From Candidatus Hermodarchaeota archaeon (lineage in GTDB: Archaea; Asgardarchaeota; Thorarchaeia; Thorarchaeales; Thorarchaeaceae), in contig JBHLLF010000001.1 of assembly GCA_048885865.1 (NCBI GenBank), positions 135,457 through 199,456 on the forward strand: DNA of 64,000 nt. The letters are read 5' to 3'. Below the pieces are notes generated by a model, which was not told the DNA's origin, did not search any database, and saw only the letters and a list, made by a program, of their open reading frames with translations. Within the stretch, counting starts at the first letter, position 1. Every line of letters begins with the position of its first letter. The position numbers were made by a program, and so were the translations under genes. Shown one piece after another: positions 28,757 to 36,870 of the stretch.

Positions 28757-29314
28757 CTAGTACTTAACAATACGAGTCTTTTCGACGTGTGCCCATGGAA
28801 TCGGATCTGGTGTTGTACTCTTTATTCGATTCACAAGTTCTAGCATCCCTTCTGGATTATGAATGTCACCAAACTCCATTATAGCTTCCTCCTCGTCGTC
28901 CTTTGTGTATATTCTGAGGGCGCCTAGGTTTATCACCCTGGACTGAGGTGGGGTGTGAATCTCGAATCTGTCAATCTCATCATAGAAGACTCGAGTTGTC
29001 ATTCTATTATACGAGCCTTTCATCACACGCAGATTCCATGTTGTGACAACATAGACAGTGTATCTTTTCTTGTATTCCCCAATGCCCCATAAGAGCAGAG
29101 CGAAGAGCATTCCTCCCATCCCCAACCACCACGCAAGCTCATCATATGCAACGACTCCCGCAGCCACTGATATCATGAAGAGCCACCCTATAATGAAAAA
29201 AACGGCACCGAGAACATACAGATACAAGAATCCTGTTCGTGCGGGATGAAATGTCGCCAGAAGTTTCTCGCGGTTCTCCTGTGGAATGACTAACTGCTCG
29301 GTCATGGAGATCAC
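28757..29314 (-). CDS. Membrane protein with a bacterial-type PH (DUF304/YdbS-like) domain.
   Basis: Two N-terminal TMs followed by a 'YTVYVVTTWNLRVMKGSYNRMTTRVFYDEIDRFEI' beta-sandwich pattern typical of bPH domains. Confidence 0.55.
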   Translation of the reverse strand: MISMTEQLVIPQENREKLLATFHPARTGFLYLYVLGAVFFIIGWLFMISVAAGVVAYDELAWWLGMGGMLFALLLWGIGEYKKRYTVYVVTTWNLRVMKGSYNRMTTRVFYDEIDRFEIHTPPQSRVINLGALRIYTKDDEEEAIMEFGDIHNPEGMLELVNRIKSTTPDPIPWAHVEKTRIVKY

Positions 29315-29358
29315 GGAAGGTGACCATCACATCGGTCTTATCAAGTTGTCGCGGGCAA

Positions 29359-30015
29359 TCATCTAGGAATTATCGCTCCTTCTTCGGGAATGATACATTT
29401 TCCATCAGGAAATTCATATTGGAATTGCTTGCAGAACGATTTTGGCCTTCTAAAGAGCCAATGCATGGGAACGACAGTTGGGAGAGGGGTATTGAACTTG
29501 GCCAGTTGTTCAATAGCAGAATTTGGGGAGGTAGCGACAAGGCCACTAATTGGAAGTGCGAACAGGTCTAGATTCTTATCACCAAATCGCTCTAGGTCGA
29601 CCGAATCTCCGCAGTGACCAAAGGCGAATCCATCTGATTTAATGATGACTCCATAGACCACAATCCCTCGGAAGAAACCATGTTCACATTCTACGAATTC
29701 TAAAGTGAATTCATCGAAGTTTATCTCTTCACCCAGCTTTGCTTCGACAGCTCTCTCTCTCCATTTTCCCAACGCATCTATCACTTGTCCATTTCCAACC
29801 AGTAATGCCTCAGGATTTCGCTCAAGGAAAATGCCTACTCCTCTTGTATGATCAAGGTGTTTGTGAGTACAATAGACAACGTCGCCATCATGATCTCCTG
29901 ACTTCTTGTTTGACGGATCGATCAGAAGGCTCTTAGTCCCAAACCTAATTTGAAATCCGGATTGTCCTAGGAATCTTATTTCTGGCCATTTTGACATACT
30001 TAGCACCAAGCTCAA
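29359..30015 (-). CDS. MBL-fold metallo-hydrolase.
   Basis: Contains 'THKHLDHTRG' (the HxHxDH motif) and downstream His/Asp ligands. Confidence 0.7.
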   Translation of the reverse strand: MSLVLSMSKWPEIRFLGQSGFQIRFGTKSLLIDPSNKKSGDHDGDVVYCTHKHLDHTRGVGIFLERNPEALLVGNGQVIDALGKWRERAVEAKLGEEINFDEFTLEFVECEHGFFRGIVVYGVIIKSDGFAFGHCGDSVDLERFGDKNLDLFALPISGLVATSPNSAIEQLAKFNTPLPTVVPMHWLFRRPKSFCKQFQYEFPDGKCIIPEEGAIIPR

Positions 30016-30042
30016 TGCTTCAGATGATTAGCATGCGCTCAG

Positions 30043-30109
30043 CTTTATATTCATTCAGGAGAATCATACCCCGAGTCTGAGACTATGAATCCCTCAGACT
30101 CCCTCGGGG
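30043..30109 (+). promoter_or_regulatory. Putative promoter (TATA-like 'ctttatatt', 30043-30051) plus an interrupted 13-bp inverted repeat (30069-30109) immediately upstream of the His-rich NfeD-like gene.
   Basis: ccccgag-tctgag (30069-30081) pairs with ctcaga-[ctcc]-ctcgggg (30093-30109), with a 12-nt spacer 'actatgaatccc' (30082-30093). The repeat ends 13 nt before the ATG at 30123. Confidence 0.4.
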
Positions 30110-30122
30110 TGTATTAGCGAGC

Positions 30123-31070
30123 ATGCAGGATGTCGTGGTAATTGCGGCTTTACTAAGGGAGATATCATTTGGAATTCTTCTCGTTGGACTATTCTATACA
30201 TTTGGAATGTTTCTGATTGGTAGATTGGTTTCAGCAATAGGCGAACATGGTACAGATCATGATGTCGAGAAGGAGGTTGACCATGATGTGGAACATGACG
30301 TTGACCATGGTGAGATAGAACACGAATTGGATCATGAATATGATATGGATCATGGAGACATCGATCATAGTATTGAACATGAATATGAGGCGGACCACGA
30401 GCTAGATGCTGGCTACGAACACGAGATTGGGCATGAATTGGAAAAGGAAATTGATCATAGTATTGACTATGATGTTGACCATGAAGTTGACCACGATGTG
30501 GACCATGATGTGGATATGGACCATGACGTGGAGAAGGAATGGGATCAAGAGGTTGATATCGACCATGAACTGGATGTGGAGAAGCAATCAGGTTTCTTCG
30601 AGAGCGATAGAGGGGCACCTCTTGGTGTGACAATCGGAACTTCATTGCTAAGTTTTGGCTTCTTTGGCTCTATCATTTACTACGATGGTATTGTGATTCC
30701 GTTTGCAGGCAAGTTCCTTCTTCATTTTCTTGGAGCTGTTTTAGTGGTGTACGCAGTTAGAACCGTTCTTGGAAAAGTGTTTGTTGAGTCCGGATTCATG
30801 ATAGAGCCACGTCATCTTGTAGGCAGGCATGTTGAAGCAGTTTCGACTATCAGTGACAATTTTGGCGAAGTGCGAACTGACACTGACATGGGCTTGAGAC
30901 GGTTTCATGCGCGTCCCTTTCAGAAGGGAGTTGTTTTTGAGAGAGGTACTGGCCTATATGTGGTGTCCGCGAACGAGAAGTTTGTCTATGTGGATCCGCG
31001 AAAAGAAGCACTGAAGTGGAGCCATAGGCAAAGCCAGAAACGCAGTGAAAGTGAAAAAGAAGAAGCCTAG
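30123..31070 (+). CDS. NfeD-like membrane protein (C-terminal OB-fold) with a ~110-aa His/Asp/Glu-rich repetitive insert.
   Basis: Order of elements: TM1; residues ~40-150 dominated by (D/E)H(D/E)(V/I/L)(D/E) repeats (>20 His); two TMs; then a 'GRHVEAVSTISDNFGEVRTDTDMGLRRFHARPFQKGVVFERGTGLYVVSANEKFVYV' beta-barrel resembling the NfeD C-terminal domain. A flotillin gene follows. Confidence 0.6.
   Translation: MQDVVVIAALLREISFGILLVGLFYTFGMFLIGRLVSAIGEHGTDHDVEKEVDHDVEHDVDHGEIEHELDHEYDMDHGDIDHSIEHEYEADHELDAGYEHEIGHELEKEIDHSIDYDVDHEVDHDVDHDVDMDHDVEKEWDQEVDIDHELDVEKQSGFFESDRGAPLGVTIGTSLLSFGFFGSIIYYDGIVIPFAGKFLLHFLGAVLVVYAVRTVLGKVFVESGFMIEPRHLVGRHVEAVSTISDNFGEVRTDTDMGLRRFHARPFQKGVVFERGTGLYVVSANEKFVYVDPRKEALKWSHRQSQKRSESEKEEA
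30240..30600 (+). repeat. Coding-sequence repeat: the His/Asp/Glu-rich low-complexity region of the NfeD-like gene.
   Basis: Reiterated 'gaccatgatgt(g/t)ga' DNA units encoding DHDVDHDV... Confidence 0.7.
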
Positions 31071-31342
31071 AAGGCATTTCTGTGCGCAGGTTTATATCAA
31101 GAGAAATCGATAGTCATACAGGTGCGTCTGACCTCAGTGAACTACCATCTGAGAGATGATTCAACAGGAGATTCGAAGGCAAGGACTGAATCCACGAGGG
31201 CCAAGTCTGACTCAGAGAGTCTGCATGTGATGGATGCAGGGGCCAAGGCAATGACTTGGAGACTGAAAATGCATATTCAGAGGACAATAGGTCAACTGAG
31301 GAGGAGTACTTGAAAACACAATTGTGTGAGTAGAAAGAAAAA

Positions 31343-32659
31343 ATGCAAGCAGGAATACTTGATTGGTTAGCAGCAAACCCAGCTCTTGCCATCGCACTGT
31401 TTGGCATTCTGGGTATACTTTTGCTATCCTTCTACATAGTGAAGTATGTCAGGATCTTTGATCCAAACATATTCTATGTACATCTTAGGAAGGGTAAGGC
31501 AATTAAGCAAGGAGAGGGCGGCATGGTAATTCGAATTCCATTCTTGGATAGAATACTTGCCGTGGATAGAACCGTTCAGCAGCTCAATATCTCTGCTGAG
31601 TCTGTGCTCTCAAAGGAGAAGCAGAAGATTCGGTTGAGTGCTGTACTTCAATGGCAGGCAGAGAATGCTATCGCCACGATAAACAATGTGAAGTGGGGAG
31701 AGATACCTCCTCGGCTTACAGCTATCATTGAATCGGTCATCCGTACCTCTTGTGCTCAATTGGAGGTCGAGAGTATTCTAGAGGAACGTCAGCTGATCAT
31801 CGAGGCAATCAAGAAGGAACTGACTGACATCGTCAGTGAGTGGGGGCTCAAAATCGTTACAGTCGAATTAGTAGACGTAGTAGTGGTTAACGAGCTGTTT
31901 CTCCAAGACATGTCAAAACCAAGAGAAGCAGAAATGCATAGGCTTGCTCAGATTGCTCAAATCGAGGCAGAGCAAGAAACAGGTGTCAAAGACATCGAGA
32001 GATCTAGGATGCTAAGGCAGAAGGAAATCGAACGTGACCAGCAAATTGGTGTGCAGGAACAAGCCCAACTCAGAGCTATTCAGGAATCAGAGAAGCAACG
32101 TGAGCAAAGCGTTCTAGAGATAGATCTTCAGAAAGACCTCATGCAGAAGCGATATGAAAAGCAGCAGGCTGAGGTCGAAGCTGCGAAGGATCTAGAGGTT
32201 GCTAAGTTTGCTGCTGAAGCTGAGAAGCAGAAGAAGATCAAGCAGGAGGTTGAGGTGCAAGCTCAGAGAATTCTGCAAGAAGCAAAGGCCGATGCAGAGA
32301 AGATCAGCATTGTAGCTGCAGCTGATGCCGAGAAGATCATAAAGGTCACAAGCGCTGAAGCTGAGGGTATCAAGAAGACTCTAGCCGCTGCGAAGGATTA
32401 TACGCCGCAGGCATTTGCGAGAGATTTTCTCCAGATTCTTCCAAAAATCTACGAGCAGATAGACATTGGCGACATCACGCTGTTTGGCGGCGGAGGCAAT
32501 GGTTCAGATGCTGGTGAGGATGGAGGAGGAGCCGGTGCATTCCAGATATTCGGAAATGTACTACTTCCCATGATGCTGATGGCTAGAATGATGGGCTTTG
32601 ACTTCCAGGGCTTGATGAAAGACTCTCTTGGAAGCATGGCGATAGATAAAGCTGCTTAA
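31343..32659 (+). CDS. Flotillin-like SPFH/band-7 domain protein.
   Basis: An N-terminal TM, an SPFH core (GMVIRIPFLDRILAVDRTVQQLNI...), a long Ala/Glu/Lys/Gln coiled-coil 'flotillin' region (EAEQE...AKADAEKI...), and a Gly-rich C-terminus. Confidence 0.8.
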   Translation: MQAGILDWLAANPALAIALFGILGILLLSFYIVKYVRIFDPNIFYVHLRKGKAIKQGEGGMVIRIPFLDRILAVDRTVQQLNISAESVLSKEKQKIRLSAVLQWQAENAIATINNVKWGEIPPRLTAIIESVIRTSCAQLEVESILEERQLIIEAIKKELTDIVSEWGLKIVTVELVDVVVVNELFLQDMSKPREAEMHRLAQIAQIEAEQETGVKDIERSRMLRQKEIERDQQIGVQEQAQLRAIQESEKQREQSVLEIDLQKDLMQKRYEKQQAEVEAAKDLEVAKFAAEAEKQKKIKQEVEVQAQRILQEAKADAEKISIVAAADAEKIIKVTSAEAEGIKKTLAAAKDYTPQAFARDFLQILPKIYEQIDIGDITLFGGGGNGSDAGEDGGGAGAFQIFGNVLLPMMLMARMMGFDFQGLMKDSLGSMAIDKAA

Positions 32660-32731
32660 CATGTATATTCCGGAGCCTGGAGATGGACTGAAAGCCTCTC
32701 CAGGCTGCACCTATTTTGAAAAGTTCAATCA

Positions 32732-34573
32732 CTAGAGCCCTTTGTAGCAGGGCTTGCCTAGCATTTGAAGGAGTTCCTTTCTCAGACTCTGTTCTTGAAT
32801 GAATCCATTCAATTCAACATCACAGAGCTTAATCGTTGGCAATACGGGCATCTCATCCTCAGGCAATTCTACACTAGGATCATCGACATTGATGGATTCT
32901 ATGATTGAGCTAGCAATGCTGAGTTCTTCCATGACTCGCAGCAACAGGTCATAGACAGGCTCACACCAGAAGCAGTGAGTCGATTTATAGAAGGTGATGC
33001 ATTTCTTGCCACCGCAAGGCAAGTCAGTTTCATCAGTCCACGCTGGGAAGACACAGACAAACTTGGCTCCTTGTGACGGGTCTCCCTCAACGCGATCCTC
33101 AACCCAAATCTGCCCATTGAGACTTCTTACAATATTGTCAGCCAGTGTAAGTCCAAGACCTCTCCCTACCACTTGCGCATCAGGATGTCCGCTCCTCTTG
33201 AAGATGAACTCCTTTAATGGATCTAGAATGCCGGGGCCATAGTCAGCGAACTCTATGCGTACAAGCCGTGAGTCAATAATCTGCGCAATGATGTCTATCT
33301 CCACCAAATCCCTCTCATCATACATTGCAGAATTGTGGATTATGTTGAAAAGAACCTGTGAGAGGTACTGATGCCCTGGTATGTGGAACTTCCCCTCACT
33401 GATATTCGTATTGACCTTCAACTCCTTCCAATGGAAATCTATTCTTACTGATTCGACTGCGGCGACTAGGTGACTATAGATGTCTGTCTTTTCTAGACTT
33501 GGGGGCTGGTCTCTAAGTGCCATGATTGTCCTCATATTGGCAATCATTCTCGCAGATCTTCTGACATTCCAATTCGCCTGTTCCATTTGTGCCTGCAAGC
33601 TCTCTGGAATTTCCATCTGTGATTCTAGCAAGCCCATCGCAAACAAGATAGATTGGTTAATGTTGTTGAGGTCATGAGTAGCAACTTCTAGATAGAGATT
33701 CGCCCTCTCCTCTTCCATCCTTTCCCTTTTCTCTGCAGTCTTTCTTCGATCAATATCAAGGGCCATTAGTCCAATTCGACTGGACCTGCCCGGCTTGTCC
33801 AAAGGGCCAGCTGTGACAGTTACCCAAATGGGCTTTCCATCAGCCCTCCTCATCATGATCTCTACTCCGTTTACTGCTCCTCCTTGAAGTATCTCATTGA
33901 AGACAAGCTTTCCTGCCTGACTATCCATTGGGTCTCCGGGAAGAAATATTTCAATATTCCTTCGAATCATCTGTTCTTCTTTATGTCCAAGGAGTCGCAT
34001 TGCGGCTTGATTAACCTGGAGAATAATGCCTCGAGGGCTTAGCGTGAAGTACGCTATTGGTGAGGAGTCAAACAACTGGCGGTATCGTGATTCAGATTGC
34101 TCAATCGCAGCTTCCAGCTTGAGCTGCTGTGTGATATCACGCACAATTCCAACCTTGGCAGGTGCTCCTTGGTAAACAAAGTCTGCAAGACTGATCTCCG
34201 CCATAACCGAACGACCAGTTCTTGTGACCAAATGGATTCGATAGCTTGGGGAAATGTCTGACGTTATGTCAAAACTCTCAATCTGCTCTTTGAACTGATG
34301 AGATGATGCTGGATCAAGTAGGCTAACGAATTCCTTTCCAAGAAGTTCGCTCTCTTCAAACTCTAGCAGCTTTGAGAATGCTGGATTGACCATCGATATC
34401 AGGTCGTCCTGAATCACCACTATTCCATCATTTGCCATCTGGAGGATGCTCTTGTACCTGTCATTTGATACAACACGTTCCTCAGGCACATGAAACACAT
34501 CCGGCATGCAGTTAACGCACATCCAATGTTCTGGGATACAATGCAATAGACCTAGCTGATTTGGAACGCTCAT
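32732..34573 (-). CDS. Sensor histidine kinase with PAS domains and a C-terminal CxxC thioredoxin/glutaredoxin-like extension.
   Basis: H-box 'VATHDLNNINQSI', N-box 'NIIHNSAMYD', G-boxes 'DYGPGI' and 'GRGLGL'. The C-terminal ~100 aa contain 'CGGKKCITFYKSTHCFWCEPV', suggestive of a redox-active thioredoxin-fold module. The N-terminus has extra Cys (CIPEHWMCVNC). Confidence 0.75.
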   Translation of the reverse strand: MSVPNQLGLLHCIPEHWMCVNCMPDVFHVPEERVVSNDRYKSILQMANDGIVVIQDDLISMVNPAFSKLLEFEESELLGKEFVSLLDPASSHQFKEQIESFDITSDISPSYRIHLVTRTGRSVMAEISLADFVYQGAPAKVGIVRDITQQLKLEAAIEQSESRYRQLFDSSPIAYFTLSPRGIILQVNQAAMRLLGHKEEQMIRRNIEIFLPGDPMDSQAGKLVFNEILQGGAVNGVEIMMRRADGKPIWVTVTAGPLDKPGRSSRIGLMALDIDRRKTAEKRERMEEERANLYLEVATHDLNNINQSILFAMGLLESQMEIPESLQAQMEQANWNVRRSARMIANMRTIMALRDQPPSLEKTDIYSHLVAAVESVRIDFHWKELKVNTNISEGKFHIPGHQYLSQVLFNIIHNSAMYDERDLVEIDIIAQIIDSRLVRIEFADYGPGILDPLKEFIFKRSGHPDAQVVGRGLGLTLADNIVRSLNGQIWVEDRVEGDPSQGAKFVCVFPAWTDETDLPCGGKKCITFYKSTHCFWCEPVYDLLLRVMEELSIASSIIESINVDDPSVELPEDEMPVLPTIKLCDVELNGFIQEQSLRKELLQMLGKPCYKGL

Positions 34574-34657
34574 AATGTTTGCTAGTCTAGTGTTATCATC
34601 ATCATTCAGAAGGCCGCATAGACAATATTTTAATACTTATTCAAATGTTAAAATGTT

Positions 34658-34981
34658 GTGACTACGCAAGCTAATGACCAAAATGAGGCTGACCTAGACC
34701 AGATAGACGCGCAGAATATATCACGGTTGTTCAGCGCACTTAATGATGAGTCAAGGGTTAGAATAGTCAACCTGTTAATGCGGGAAGAGAAGATCTTTGT
34801 TTCTGAGATTGCAAAAAGGACAGGCCAGCATATCAGTAGCGTGAGTCACCATCTGCGAATTCTCAAAGACCTTGGCTTTGTGAAACATGAGCGCGACGGA
34901 AAGCATGTCTATCACATGCTGGACGACGATTGTATCAGAGACATCATGGAGAGAGCGATAGAACATGTTGCTGGAAAGTGA
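34658..34981 (+). CDS. ArsR/SmtB-family metalloregulator.
   Basis: 'SRVRIVNLLMREEKIFVSEIAKRTGQHISSVSHHLRILKDLGFV' is the ArsR wHTH. The gene overlaps the downstream P1B-ATPase by 17 nt. Confidence 0.8.
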   Translation: MTTQANDQNEADLDQIDAQNISRLFSALNDESRVRIVNLLMREEKIFVSEIAKRTGQHISSVSHHLRILKDLGFVKHERDGKHVYHMLDDDCIRDIMERAIEHVAGK

Positions 34982-36869
34982 AGCAGCTTGCACTCATTGC
35001 GCAAAGCATGAAGAAGAGGACACCAAGACAAGCATGACTGAAAAGTATGCTCTTGCAGTACTTGCAACCGTCACTTGGTCGGCCGCAATTCTTGTAGAGC
35101 TGCTTTGGCAAAATCAGTTGTTTGTCTATGGACTATCAATCGCCGCACTTCTAATGGCAGGGAGATGGATTATCCCAAGAGGACTCCGAGGTGCCGCTAA
35201 GATTCATCTGGACATCAATTTCCTGATGACATTTGCAGCTTTTGCTGCACTTATCATAGGTGCACCTTTGGAGGGAGCCGCAGCTATGTATCTCTTCTTC
35301 ATTGCCAATCTTCTAGAGGACAGAGCGAGTGAGCAGGTTCGGAATGACATCCAGGGACTGTTAGAGCTAGCACCACCTATGATCTCGATTAAGGCCTCTG
35401 GGGGAATAGTGGAGGTACCAGTAGAATCAGGCCAGATAGGCGAAGTCTTCGTTGTCAAACCGGGAGACAGAATCGGCCTTGATGGAATTGTTGTTTCTGG
35501 CACCACCAGTGTGAACCAGAGTCCGATCACCGGAGAATCCGTGCCGGTCTCAAAACAGGCTGGCGACACAGTATACGCTGGAACAATAAACATGGATGGT
35601 TCTGTTGAGATTGAAATTACCCATCCGTCCAATGAAACCGTGCTCTCTCGAATAGTTTCACTTGTAGATGATGCCCGTAACAAGAGGTCACCAACTGAAA
35701 AATTGGTTTCCAGGGTTTCTCATCGATACACTCCAATGGTAGTGGTTGCCTCCGTTGCAATGGCGTTACTAACCTTCGCTTTTGGATTCACATTAGAGGA
35801 GGCTATCTATAGAGGACTAACATTGCTTGTCACATCTTGCCCGTGCGCATTTGTCATCTCAATTCCGGTTAGCATGGTCAGTTCAATTGCGGGATCTGCA
35901 AGGAGTGGTGTTCTTGTCAAGGGATCCGAATACATAGAAGCACTAAGCAAATCATCAGTAGTTGCTTTTGATAAGACTGGCACCCTAACTGAGGGAGTGC
36001 TTCAAGTTGAAAGCATTACACCAGTAAATGGAGCGACCAGAGAGGAAGTGTTGCGACTGGCAGGATCATTAGAGATGTTTTCGGAGCACCCAATTTCCCG
36101 GGCAATAACACAACTAACTGAGATAGAAAGGATTACCCCAAGTGAAGTAGATTCCTTTCAAGCAATAGCTGGACGCGGAGTCACAGGAATAATTGCTGGC
36201 GAAAGAGTCGTCGCTGGAAACAAGGGCTTGATGGTGGATGAGGGGATTGATGTCGATGGCGGTGTATCTTCTACGATTGGCACAAATGTCTATGTAGCAA
36301 GGAATAGCACTCACGTTGGGACCATCAGACTCATGGACTCAGTTCGTCACACCGCAAGGAGAGCAATCCAGAACCTTTCCGCAATGGGAGTAAGGTCGAT
36401 AATGCTTACAGGGGATAATCATGCCACAGCCCGTCATGTAGCTGAAATTCTTCAGGTAGATGAATTTCATGCGGACCTCCTCCCTCATGAGAAGGTGGAG
36501 GCTGTGAAGGCAATCTCTGATGAAGGAACTCATCTATTCATTGGCGATGGGATTAATGATGCACCTGCGATGGCCGCATCTGATGTTTCCGTCGCGATGG
36601 GCGTTATCGGATCTGATTTAGCTTTGGAAACAGCGGATGTGGCTCTGATGGAGGATGACTTGGAGAAGATTCCCATTCTGATTCGACAAGCCAAGAAGAC
36701 AATGTCTATTGTGAAACAAAACATTGCGGTTTCAATTGGAATAAAGGCGGCGGTAGCAATATTGGCCATAGCAGGATTGGCAACACTCTGGCTAGCGGTT
36801 GGAGTGGGTGACATGGGAGTTTCATTACTTGTGATTGCAAATGCTCTGAGACTTGCTGTGCGTCGCTAG
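34965..36869 (+). CDS. Heavy-metal-translocating P1B-type ATPase (Zn/Cd/Co/Pb subgroup-like).
   Basis: TM 'CPC' motif (SCPCAFVISIP), phosphorylation site 'DKTGTLT', the 'GDGINDAPAM' hinge, and an N-terminal CxxC (CTHC). Confidence 0.9.
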   Translation: MLLESEAACTHCAKHEEEDTKTSMTEKYALAVLATVTWSAAILVELLWQNQLFVYGLSIAALLMAGRWIIPRGLRGAAKIHLDINFLMTFAAFAALIIGAPLEGAAAMYLFFIANLLEDRASEQVRNDIQGLLELAPPMISIKASGGIVEVPVESGQIGEVFVVKPGDRIGLDGIVVSGTTSVNQSPITGESVPVSKQAGDTVYAGTINMDGSVEIEITHPSNETVLSRIVSLVDDARNKRSPTEKLVSRVSHRYTPMVVVASVAMALLTFAFGFTLEEAIYRGLTLLVTSCPCAFVISIPVSMVSSIAGSARSGVLVKGSEYIEALSKSSVVAFDKTGTLTEGVLQVESITPVNGATREEVLRLAGSLEMFSEHPISRAITQLTEIERITPSEVDSFQAIAGRGVTGIIAGERVVAGNKGLMVDEGIDVDGGVSSTIGTNVYVARNSTHVGTIRLMDSVRHTARRAIQNLSAMGVRSIMLTGDNHATARHVAEILQVDEFHADLLPHEKVEAVKAISDEGTHLFIGDGINDAPAMAASDVSVAMGVIGSDLALETADVALMEDDLEKIPILIRQAKKTMSIVKQNIAVSIGIKAAVAILAIAGLATLWLAVGVGDMGVSLLVIANALRLAVRR

Positions 36870-36870
36870 A

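Noticed and set aside
30240-30600. A possible CRISPR-like or tandem DNA repeat in the His-rich coding region, and similarly at 49447-49570 and 19912-19950.
   Set aside because: The repeats are short, in-frame and coding (they encode DHDV..., GGGGYRDRR and poly-Gly). They lack spacer/repeat architecture and there are no cas genes anywhere in the window.
30402-30630. ORFs 30402-30587(-) and 30406-30630(+) within the His-rich repeat, plus the 183-aa antisense ORF 30094-30645(-).
   Set aside because: Repeat-induced frames (H/M/V-rich, P/H-rich) in antisense or alternate frames of the NfeD-like gene. The sense frame carries flanking TMs and an OB-fold domain.
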